This document shows, one piece after another, positions 39,701 to 51,900 of a DNA stretch of 64,000 nucleotides (its first letter is position 1; every line of letters begins with the position of its first letter). The notes beneath the pieces were generated by a model. It ran no database searches, had not been told where the DNA came from, and worked only from the letters and a program-made list of their open reading frames with translations. A program made the position numbers and the translations under genes. Source of the stretch: Balanoglossus misakiensis (lineage: Eukaryota; Animalia; Hemichordata); contig CM082588.2 in assembly GCA_040954595.2 (NCBI GenBank), positions 11,545,398 to 11,609,397 of the forward strand, read 5' to 3'.

Positions 39701-42700
39701 GATTACCGTTGTTAACTTACGCCAGTCTGTGTCCTATATATAGCGCCCGGGCATCAGCCGTGCCAGGCCGAAGGAAATGTGAGTAGATCAACGTGGTCTC
39801 TCTACGCGTGTTTCTGCTCTAGAGTGCCAGGGCTTTAGCCAAGCCATGCCGTAGGAAATCTGAATTAATCAACGTTGCTAACGAACGCTAGTGTCTGTCA
39901 TAGTGTGCCGGGGTTTCAGTCGAGCCAAGCCGTAGGAGATCGGACTTGATCAACGTGGTCTCTGTACGCGTGTTTCTGCTCTAGAGTGCCGGGGCTTTAT
40001 CCAAGCCATGCCGTAGAAAATCTGACTTGATCACCGTTGCTAACGTACGCTAGTGTCTGTCATATTGTGACGGAGATTTAGCCGAGCCAGGCCGTAGAAA
40101 AATCGACTTGTTCAACGTTACCAGTGTGCAACTGTTTCTGCTCTAGAGTGTCAGGGTTTTAGCCGACTTATGCTGTAGGAAATCTGAGTTGATGAACGGG
40201 AATTCAATGTTAGAAAACCTGTGTGGAAAGTATCTCTACCCGTTTGAAACTAAGAAAAGAATTTATTCTTATTTATTTTGTAAAAAAGACAATTTTTCGA
40301 AAAAAGTCGAAAATGGTAATTTTGTCTTGGGTGATTCAAATTATACCGCCTTTTCTGGAATTTGCAGCACTTTTTACAAGAGAACGACAATTCATGCTCC
40401 ATAATATTTTCGAAAATGAAGAAAAGAGTTAATTGTTTATGATTTTTCTAAAATTTACCATTTTTGTCAAAATATGGCCAAAATGGCTATTTTTTCTTGA
40501 ATTCCGTCAATATCTCTGCATTTTTGGAGTGGTCGAAAGTTTTAACATACAATCAACATGTCATATATGGTCAGGGCACCAAATTCGAAGAACAAAGGTT
40601 TTTTTATTTTTTTTCTAAAAATGACATTTTTAAGGAAAATTGAGTAAAACGCAATTTTGTCTGCAGTGAGCCAAATTAGACGGTCTTTTGTGGAATTTGT
40701 ATCGATATATACATACGAAGAGCATTCTATACTCCATCAGATTTCCGAAAATGTAGAAAACAGGTATTTTTTGTAATTTTCAAAAATTTACCATTTTGAC
40801 CAAATTGTGGCTAAAATTGTTATTTTCGTGTTGAATGCCGCCAGTGTCACTGCTTTTAAAAGTCATAAAAACTTTTAGCATACAAGCAATTGTTTATATA
40901 TGATCAGGTCACCGAATTAATAAAATAAAGAATGTTTTGCCTAAAAATGACCTTTTTGGTGCAAAAACGAATAAAACGCAATTTTGTATTAAATCAGCTC
41001 ATTCAGAGTGCATTTTTATAATCAGCACCATTTTTACGTATAATGGAAATTTCATACATCATCAGATATCCAAATATGAAAAAATGAATTAGATATATTT
41101 AAGATGATTGTCCAAAATTAGCTGATATCTGATAAATGTAGTATTGAACCGTTCTGTTCCCCCCCCCCCTACATTACATGCGGTACGCCGATGTCAGCTT
41201 AACCGGCAGTACTGCAGGCCGTGCCCCCAACTAACGTCGGTGTTTGAAACGCCCTGGTTAAATTCGAGCTTTCTCTATAAATTGACAGGCAATAATGCAG
41301 TCCTACCCGAACAAATGTCGAGTGTTGACCCGCTGTGACTTTCCCTCTTCGGTTTGCCCGACTTAGCCAACGTCTTTGTACTAATGTGTCGGGTCTTTTG
41401 CAGAGCCAGGCCGAAGGAAATCCAACTTGATCAACGTTGCTAACGAACGCTAGTGTCTGTCATGGTGTGCCGGGGTTTTAGTCGAGCCAGGCCGTAGGAG
41501 ATCTGACTTGATCATCGTGGTCAATGTACGCGTGTTTCCGCTCTAAAGTGCCGGGGCTTCAGCTAAACCAGGCCGTAGGAAATCCGACGTAATCACCGTT
41601 GATAACTTACGCCAGTCTGTGTCATATAGAGCCGGGGCATCAGCCGTGCCAGGCCGAAGGAAATGTGAGTAGATCAACGTGGTCTCTGTACGCGTGTTTC
41701 TGCTCTAGAGTGCCAGGGCTTTAGCCAAGCCATGCCGTAGGAAATCTGACTTGATCAACGTTGCTAACGAACGCTAGTGTCTGTCATAGTGTGCCGGGGT
41801 TTCAGTCGAGCCAAGCCGTAGGAGATCAGACTTGATCAACGTGGTCTCTGTACGCGTGTTTCTGCTCTAGAGTGCCAGGGCTTTATCCAAGCCATGCCGT
41901 AGAAAATCTGACTTGATCACCGTTCCTAACGTACGCTAGTGTCTGTCATATTGTGACGGAGATTTAGCCGAGCCAGGCCGTAGAAAAATCGACTTGTTCA
42001 ACGTTACCAGTGTGCAACTGTTTCTGCTCTAGAGTGTCAGGGTTTTAGCCGACTTATGCTGTAGGAAATCTGAGTTGATGAACGGGAATTCAATGTTAGA
42101 AAACCCGTGTGGAAAGTATCTCTACCTGTTTGAAACTAAGAAAAGAATTTATTCTTATTTATTTTGTAAAAAAGACAATTTTTCGAAAAAAGTCGAAAAT
42201 GGTAATTTTGTCTTGGGTGATTCAAATTATACCGCCTTTTCTGGAATTTGCAGCACTTTTTACAAGAGAACGACAATTCATGCTCCATAATATTTCCGAA
42301 AATGAAGAAAAGAGTTAATTGTTTAAGATTTTTCTAAAATTTACCATTTCTGTCAAAATATGGCCAAAATGGCTATTTTTTCTTGAATTCCGTCAATATC
42401 TCTGCTTTTTTGGAGTGGTCAAAAGTTTTAACATACAATCAACATGTCATATATGATCAGGGCACCAAATTCGAAGAACAAAGGTTTTTTTATTTTTTTT
42501 TCTAAAAATGACATTTTCAAGGAAAATTTAGTAAAACGCAATTTTGTCTGCAGTGAGCCAAATTAGACGGTCTTTTGTGGAATTTGTATCGATATATACA
42601 TACGAAGAGCATTCTATACTCCATCAGATTTCCGAAAATGTAGAAACAGGTATTTTTTGTAATTTTCAAAAATTTACCATTTTGACCAAATTGTAGCTAA

Positions 42701-45700
42701 AATTGTTATTTTCGTGTTGAATGCCGCCAGTGTCACTGCTTTTAAAAGTCATAAAAACTTTTAACATACAAGCAATTGTTTATATATGATCAGGTCACAG
42801 AATTAAAAATATAAAGAATGTTTTGCCTAAAAATGACCTTTTTGGTGCAAAAACGAATAAAACGCAATTTTGTATTAAATCAGCTCATTCAGAGTGCATT
42901 TTTTATAATCAGCACCATTTTTACATATAATGGAAATTTCATACATCATCAGATATCCAAATATGAAAAAATGATTTAGATTTTAGATGATTGTCCAAAA
43001 TTAGCTGATATCTAATAAATGTAGTATTGAACCGTTCTGTTTCCCCCCCCCCCCCTACATTACATGCGGTACGCCGATGTCAGCTTACCCGGCAGTACTG
43101 CAGGCCGTGCCCCCAACTAACGTCGGTGTTTGAAACGCCCTAGTTAAATTCGAGCTTTCTCTATAAATTGACAGGCAATAATGCAGTCCTACCCGAACAA
43201 ATGTCGAGTGTTGACCCGCTGTGACTTTCCCTCTTCGGTTTGCCCGACTTAGCCAACGTCTTTGTACTAATGTGTCGGGTCTTTTTGCAGAGCCAGGCCG
43301 AAGGAAATCCAACTTGATCACCGTTGCTAACGAACGCTAGTGTCTGTCATGGTGTGCCGGGGTTTTAGTCGAGCCAGGCCGTAGGAGATCTGACTTGATC
43401 ATCGTGGTCAATGTACGCGTGTTTCCGCTCTAAAGTGCCGGGGCTTCAGCTAAACCAGGCCGTAGGAAATCCGACGTAATCCCCGTTGATAACTTACGCC
43501 AGTCTGTGTCATATAGAGCCGGTGCACCAGCCGAGTCACGCCGTAGGAAATCTGACTTGATCAACGTGGTCAATGTACGCCTGTTTCTGCTCTAGAGTGC
43601 CGGGGCTTCAGCTGAGCCAGGCCGTAGGAAACCCGACGTGATTACCGTTGTTAACTTACGCCAGTCTGTGTCCTATATATAGTGCCGGGGCATCAGCCAG
43701 GACAGGCCGAAGGAAATGTGAGTAGATCAACGTGGTCTCTGTACGCGTGTTTCTGCTCTAGAGTGCAAGGGCTTTCGCCAAGCCATGCCGTAGGAAATCT
43801 GACTTGATCAACGTTGCTAACGAACGCTAGTGTCTGTCATAGTGTGCCGGGGTTTTAGTCGAGCCAAGCCGTAGGATATCAGACTTGATCAACGTGGTCT
43901 CTGTACGCTTGTTTCTGCTCTAGAGTGCCGGGGCTTTATCCAAGCCATGCCGTAGAAAATCTGACTTGATCACCGTTGCTAACGTACGCTAGTGTCTGTC
44001 ATATTGTGACGGAGATTTAGCCGAGCCAGGCCGTAGAAAAATCGACTTGTTCAACGTTACCAGTGTGCAACTGTTTCTGCTCTAGAGTGTCAGGGTTTCA
44101 GCCGACTTATGCTGTAGGAAATCTGAGTTGATGAACGGGAATTCATTGTTAGAAAACCCGTGTGGAAAGTATCTCTACCCGTTTCAAACTAAGAAAAGAA
44201 TTTATTCTTATTTATTTTGTAAAAAAGACAATATTTCGAAAAAAAGTCGAAAATGGTAATTTTGTCTTGGGTGATTCAAATTATACCGCCTTTTCTGGAA
44301 TTTGCAGCACTTTTTACAAGAGAACGACACTTCATGATCCATAATATTTCCGAAAATGATGAAAGGAGTTAATTTTTTATGATTTTTTAAAAATTTACCA
44401 TTTTTGTCAAAATATGGCCAAAATGTCTATTTTTTCTTGAATTCCGTCAATATCTCTGCATTTTTGGAGTGGTCGAAAGTCTTAACATACAATCAACATG
44501 TCATATATGATCAGGGCACCAAATTCGAAGAACAAAGGTTTTTTTTATTTTTTTTTCTAAAAATGACATTTTCAAGGAAAATTTGGTAAAACGCAATTTT
44601 GTCTGCAGTGAGCCAAATTAGACGGTCTTTTGTGGAATTTGTATCGATATATACATACGAAGAGCATTCTATACTCCATCAGATTTCCGAAAATGTAGAA
44701 ACAGGTATTTTTTGTAATTTTCAAAAATTTACCATTTTGACCAAATTGTAGCTAAAATTGTTATTTTCGTGTTGAATGCCGCCAGTGTCACTGCTTTTAA
44801 AAGTCATAAAAACTTTTAACATACAAGCAATTGTTTATATATGATCAGGTCACAGAATTAAAAATATAAAGAATGTTTTGCCTAAAAATGACCTTTTTGG
44901 TGCAAAAACGAATAAAACGCAATTTTGTATTAAATCAGCTCATTCAGAGTGCATTTTTTATAATCAGCACCATTTTTACATATAATGGAAATTTCATACA
45001 TCATCAGATATCCAAATATGAAAAAATGATTTAGATTTTAGATGATTGTCCAAAATTAGCTGATATCTAATAAATGTAGTATTGAACCGTTCTGTTTCCC
45101 CCCCCCCCTACATTACATGCGGTACGCCGATGTCAGCTTACCCGGCAGTACTGCAGGCCGTGCCCCCAACTAACGTCGGTGTTTGAAACGCCCTAGTTAA
45201 ATTCGAGCTTTCTCTATAAATTGACAGGCAATAATGCAGTCCTACCCGAACAAATGTCGAGTGTTGACCCGCTGTGACTTTCCCTCTTCGGTTTGCCCGA
45301 CTTAGCCAACGTCTTTGTACTAATGTGTCGGGTCTTTTTGCAGAGCCAGGCCGAAGGAAATCCAACTTGATCACCGTTGCTAACGAACGCTAGTGTCTGT
45401 CATGGTGTGCCGGGGTTTTAGTCGAGCCAGGCCGTAGGAGATCTGACTTGATCATCGTGGTCAATGTACGCGTGTTTCCGCTCTAAAGTGCCGGGGCTTC
45501 AGCTAAACCAGGCCGTAGGAAATCCGACGTAATCCCCGTTGATAACTTACGCCAGTCTGTGTCATATAGAGCCGGTGCACCAGCCGAGTCACGCCGTAGG
45601 AAATCTGACTTGATCAACGTGGTCAATGTACGCCTGTTTCTGCTCTAGAGTGCCGGGGCTTCAGCTGAGCCAGGCCGTAGGAAACCCGACGTGATTACCG

Positions 45701-48445
45701 TTGTTAACTTACGCCAGTCTGTGTCCTATATATAGTGCCGGGGCATCAGCCAGGACAGGCCGAAGGAAATGTGAGTAGATCAACGTGGTCTCTGTACGCG
45801 TGTTTCTGCTCTAGAGTGCAAGGGCTTTCGCCAAGCCATGCCGTAGGAAATCTGACTTGATCAACGTTGCTAACGAACGCTAGTGTCTGTCATAGTGTGC
45901 CGGGGTTTTAGTCGAGCCAAGCCGTAGGATATCAGACTTGATCAACGTGGTCTCTGTACGCTTGTTTCTGCTCTAGAGTGCCGGGGCTTTATCCAAGCCA
46001 TGCCGTAGAAAATCTGACTTGATCACCGTTGCTAACGTACGCTAGTGTCTGTCATATTGTGACGGAGATTTAGCCGAGCCAGGCCGTAGAAAAATCGACT
46101 TGTTCAACGTTACCAGTGTGCAACTGTTTCTGCTCTAGAGTGTCAGGGTTTCAGCCGACTTATGCTGTAGGAAATCTGAGTTGATGAACGGGAATTCATT
46201 GTTAGAAAACCCGTGTGGAAAGTATCTCTACCCGTTTCAAACTAAGAAAAGAATTTATTCTTATTTATTTTGTAAAAAAGACAATATTTCGAAAAAAAGT
46301 CGAAAATGGTAATTTTGTCTTGGGTGATTCAAATTATACCGCCTTTTCTGGAATTTGCAGCACTTTTTACAAGAGAACGACACTTCATGATCCATAATAT
46401 TTCCGAAAATGATGAAAGGAGTTAATTTTTTATGATTTTTTAAAAATTTACCATTTTTGTCAAAATATGGCCAAAATGGCTATTTTTTCTTGAATTCCGT
46501 CAATATCTCTGCATTTTTGGAGTGGTCGAAAGTCTTAACATACAATCAACATGTCATATATGATCAGGGCACCAAATTCGAAGAACAAAGGTTTTTTTTA
46601 TTTTTTTTTCTAAAAATGACATTTTCAAGGAAAATTTGGTAAAACGCAATTTTGTCTGCAGTGAGCCAAATTAGACGGTCTTTTGTGGAATTTGTATCGA
46701 TATATACATACGAAGAGCATTCTATACTCCATCAGATTTCCGAAAATGTAGAAAACAGGTATTTTTTGTAATTTTCAAAAATTTACTATTTTGACCAAAT
46801 TGTGGCTAAAATTGTTATTTTCGTGTTGAATGCCGCCAGTGTCACTGCTTTTAAAAGTCATAAAAACTTTTAACATACAAGCAATTGTTTATATATGATC
46901 AGGTCACCGAATTAATAAAATAAAGAATGTTTTGCCTAAAAATGACCTTTTTGGTGCAAAAACGAATAAAACGCAATTTTGTATTAAATCAGCTCATTCA
47001 GAGTGCATTTTTTATAATCAGCACTATTTTAACGTATAATGGAAATTTCATACATCATCAGATATCCAAATATGAAAAAATGATTTAGATATTAGATGAT
47101 TGTCCAAAATTAGCTGATATCTAATAAATGTAGTATTGAACCGTTCTGTTCCCCCCCCCCCCCTACATTATATGCGGTACGCCGATGTCAGCTTACCCGG
47201 CAGTACTGCAGGCCGTGCCCCCAACTAACGTCGGTGTTTGAAACGCCCTGGTTAAATTCGGGCTTTCTCTATAAATTGACAGGCAATAATGCAGTCCTAC
47301 CCGAACAAATGTCGAGTGTTGACCCGCTGTGACTATCCCTCTTCGGTTTGCCCGACTTAGCCAACGTCTTTGTACTAGAGTGTCGGGTCTTTTGCAGAGC
47401 CAGGCCGATGGAAATCCGAGTAGATCAACGTGGTCTCTGTACGCGTGTTTCTGCTCTAGAGTGCCAAGGCTTTAGCCAAGCCATGCCGTAGGAAATCTGA
47501 CTTGATCAACGTTGCTAACGAACGCTAGTGTCTGTCATAGTGTGCCGGGGTTTTAGTCGAGCCAAGCCGTAGGATATCAGACTTGATCAACGTGGTCTCT
47601 GTACGCTTGTTTCTGCTCTAGAGTGCCGGGGCTTTATCCAAGCCATGCCGTAGAAAATCTGACTTGATCACCGTTGCTAACGTACGCTAGTGTCTGTCAT
47701 ATTGTGACGGAGATTAAGCCGAGCCAGGCCGTAGAAAAATCGACTTGTTCAACGTTACCAGTGTGCAACTGTTTCTGCTCTAGAGTGTCAGGGTTTCAGC
47801 CGACTTATGCTGTAGGAAATCTGAGTTGATGAACGGGAATTCATTGTTAGAAAACCCGTGTGGAAAGTATCTCTACCCGTTTGAAACTAAGACAAGAATT
47901 AATTCTTATTTATTTTGTAAAAAAGACAATTTTTCGAAAAAAAGTCGAAAATGGTAATTTTGTCTTGGGTGATTCAAATTATACCGCCTTTTCTGGAATT
48001 TGCAGCACTTTTTACAAGAGAACGACACTTCATGATCCATAATATTTCCGAAAATGAAGAAAGGAGTTAATTTTTTATTATTTTTTAAAAATTTACCATT
48101 TTTGTCAAAATATGGCCAAAATGGCTATTTTTTCTTGAATTCCGTCAATATCTCTGCATTTTTGGAGTGGTCGAAAGTTTTAACATACAATCAACATGTC
48201 ATATATGATCAGGGCACCAAATTCGAAGAACAAAGGTTTTTTTCTTTTTTTTTTCTAAAAATGACATTTTCAAGGAACATTTGGTAAAACGCAATTTTGT
48301 CTGCAGTGAGCCATATTAGACTGTCTTTTGTGGAATTTGTATCGATATATACATACGAAGAGCATTTTATACACCATCAGATTTTCGAAAATGTAGAAAA
48401 CGGGTATTTTTTGTAATTTTCAAAAATTTACCATTTTGACCAAAT

Positions 48446-48781
48446 TGTGGGGAAGTATCGTGGCAGTGATCAATACTCCCGGGAGGGGGTTCGAGTATAC
48501 TGACGTCGGAAAAGAAGCGAACGATTCAGTGCTAGGTAAAACACTGGTTTATTACCATCTGAATCGAACAACAAAGTAACACCACAGAGCTCCTTACAAA
48601 ATGCTGCCCGAAAGCGCCAAAACTGGGTTATATATAAGTCCCACGAACTCCGGAGCAAACACTCAAAAATTACAATAAATCTGCTACAAGTATAAAGTTT
48701 GGCGGGAAACAAAGTCAACTCTGATAGGGTAAAAGTTTCCGTCACGTGATCCTTCTGGAGTAAATCTCTCACTTCTCCATA
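48446..48781 (-). repeat. 3' LTR of BEL/Pao #2
   Basis: Direct repeat of 54757-55092 with 6 substitutions counted by eye. TATATAA at ~48628-48634 and AATAAA at ~48548-48553 on the minus strand. Confidence 0.97.
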
Positions 48782-48952
48782 TTCTCCCCCGCGCAAAGGA
48801 AAGTCTCGAAAATCGTCAGAATAAAAACATCAAATAACATGAAATATGATTAAAGTCACCTAAAGTGTTCAAGGATAATAAACTAATGTTCATTGTGTCA
48901 GTAAACATGATAACAGTCACAATGCGATCGAAATTGTTTTCCAATTTCAAAG

Positions 48953-51900
48953 TCAAACAGAGAGATCCGCTATTCGTACTCGAGCGGCAACTGCAGTGTC
49001 TCTGAGAGGTCGTCTCGGGGGTACAACATCCGCCTTCACCGAGGAATCTTCAGAGGCTCCAGCTGTGTCGACTGTTTCAGTATTCGTGTTGGAATCTGCT
49101 CCAATACCTGTATTATCTCCAGACACAGTTGACAGCTCCTTGGAGACAACTTCCAATGGGTACAATTTATGGATAGGTCGGTTTGTAGGACCACCTGCGG
49201 TGTTCAACTCCGCAGATCGTACCAGTTTATCATTACCGAAGATCAACCTTGTTACAGTTCCTAAATGCCATTTCGGACGTTTGTCAGTGTCACTGTGTAT
49301 TATCACGACATCTCCGACCTTGATGACATTATCACGAGTTCCTTTGGTGGGATGTCGTTCACGTAGGGAAGTCAGATACTCGGACGACCATCTTCGCCAA
49401 AATTGATCGTGTAATCTTGATAGATGTTCATATCTTTTGTTGATTTCACGATTATCACAGTAAGATGGGTCAATCACCTCTTCGTCGGTGATCTCGATGT
49501 ACGGCAATGATGTCAGTGTCCTGCCATGTAGCAAGTGATTTGGGGTCAATCCAATGTTGTCGTTTATACTGGATGACACGTACGTTAACGGCCTGTCGTT
49601 TAAAACGGCTTCAATTTCAGTCACAACTGTTGCGAGTTCATCAAAGGTTAGGTAAGCTCGACCGAGAGTTTTCCTAATAGCGTTCTTTGTCAAAGCAATC
49701 AGCCTCTCCCAGAAGCCACCAAACCAGGGCGCGCGCTTCGGTATAAACGTCCATTGTACACGATGTGCGGCGAGAAAGTCATTTACTTCTGGCGTATCAA
49801 ACAGTGTTTTAATTTCATTGGCAGCCGATAAATAAGTCGATGCGTTGTCTGACAGCATCCTACTCGGCAAAGAACGTCTCGCGGCGAATCTTCTGAACGC
49901 GTGCATGAACGTCTGGGTTGACATATCAGGAACCAGTTCTAGGTGAATGGCACGCGTCACCGCACAGGTGAATAAACAGATATAGGCTTTGGCACGTGTC
50001 CCATCTTTGGCCTTGGTATAAAGATTACCCGTGAAATCCACGCCTGTTACAGTAAATCTTCTGAACGCGTGCATGAACGTCTGGGTTGACATATCAGGAA
50101 CCAGTTCTAGGTGAATGGCACGCGTCACCGCACAGGTGAATAAACAGATATAGGCTTTGGCACGTGTCCCATCTTTGGCCTTGGTATAAAGATTACCCGT
50201 GAAATCCACGCCTGTTACAGTAAATGCTGGGACAATGTTCACTCGATAACTTGGTAGCGGCGCTTGCACTGGATTCGCGTAAGGTTTCCCGGTAACTTTG
50301 TTGCAAATGACACAACCACGTAAGACACCGCGTACAATAATCCGAATTTTGGGGATCCAATATCTTTGCCTTATCTTTGTCACTGTAGATTGGACTCCCT
50401 GGTGAAGCGTCAGTTCGTGTGATTTCCGTATTATCAAATTTGTCAATTTATGATGCGAGGGTATCAAGGCGGGAAATCTTGTGACGAAATCGATCGGCGC
50501 GTTATGGATTCTACTCCCACAGCGAAGTACGTCTTCTTCTTCAACAAATAAGTTCAGTTGTCGAACAATGGGCGCACATGTACTCAAGTTCAATTTCACA
50601 GACTGGATTTCGGCGTCATAGAACTGCCGTTGAATATGTTTAACCCACATATTTTCCGCTCGGTGCAGCTCATCAGAGGTAATTCTCCCGTGTTTCACCT
50701 CGGTAGATTTTTTCATCCGTGCGATGAATCTGAGGACATAACTTGTCACTCGTAATAGCCTATCCAAGTTGTTGAATCTGGAAATGTCAACAACGTGTTG
50801 AATTCCGTAGTCATTGGGACTGGTAATTTCCAGATTTTCGCGATCTGTACATCGTCTGGCTTTGGGGGGAGCGAGTATTTCTGCGTTCTCGGTAGACTGA
50901 TCGTTGATTCCGTTGCCGAAACGCGGCGGCAATCTGTCCGTCTCATCTGGTTCGATTGCGGTATGCATCACATTAACATCAAACGCTGGGCAACTAGGCC
51001 AATCGCTTGTCTTTAGCCATGTTGGTCCATTACGCCATAGTTCAGAGCGTTCCATCATTTCGTAGGTTACCCCTCTGGTTAAAAGATCAGCTGGGTTGTG
51101 TTCTGATGGGCAGTATTTCTTTGTGGACTGAAATTCGCGAATTTCATCTACTCGATTCTTCACAAACACCGGAAGTCTCTTCTCACTGTTCAGCCAGTGA
51201 AGGACAATTTGGCTGTCACTCCATAAATAACAACGAACTATGTCATATTTGGAGGACAGGGCTTCTTTAGCGTACTAGTACTTGCTGAGACGTGTGGCTA
51301 TTAACGCAGCCATCAATTCCAGTCGCGGGAGTGTAGTTTCAGCCACTGGTGCGGTTCTAGTCTTCGCCATCACAAACGACGTTTGCTGTCCTCTTCAAAT
51401 ACACTACTGCCCCATACGCTCTCTGGCTTGCGTCTGCAAAGGCGTGTAGCTCGCATTCATTGTCGCCTTCAAGTTCATCAAAATATTGTCGTTCGATCTT
51501 CGTGTTTCGCGAGTCTTTGAGATCTTCTGCGATGTGCATCCATTGAGTGTAGAGATCTGCGTTGATAGGTTCATCCCAGTCTAATTCCAGTTTCCATAGT
51601 AACTGAATGAACAATTTGGCTTTGATCATTACAGGGGCGAGAAATCCAAACGGATCAAATAGCATCGCCACATAGCTGACAATGTCACGTTTGGTCACGA
51701 GTTCGGCACGCGACGACATATTAACCACTTTGGAGTAAGTCAATTCGTCAGATTTTGTTGACCACTGCATTCCCAAAACGGATACATCTTCGGTGGGTTC
51801 GTTCAGATTGTCACATGTAGCGAGTTCGTTTATTTGTTGACAGTTGGAAGACCATGCTCTGAGTTTGAATCCGCCTGATGTCATCAACTCATTGGCTTCA

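Noticed and set aside
48441-48450. 10-bp TSD CAAATTGTGG for BEL #2
   Set aside because: TGTGG also begins the other LTR at 54757, so it belongs to the LTR. The TSD is the 5-bp CAAAT.
48460-48500. Pol III A/B-box-like motifs in the LTR (TGGCAGTGATC...GGTTCGAGT)
   Set aside because: Both deviate from consensus (no terminal CC in the B box), and there is no cloverleaf.
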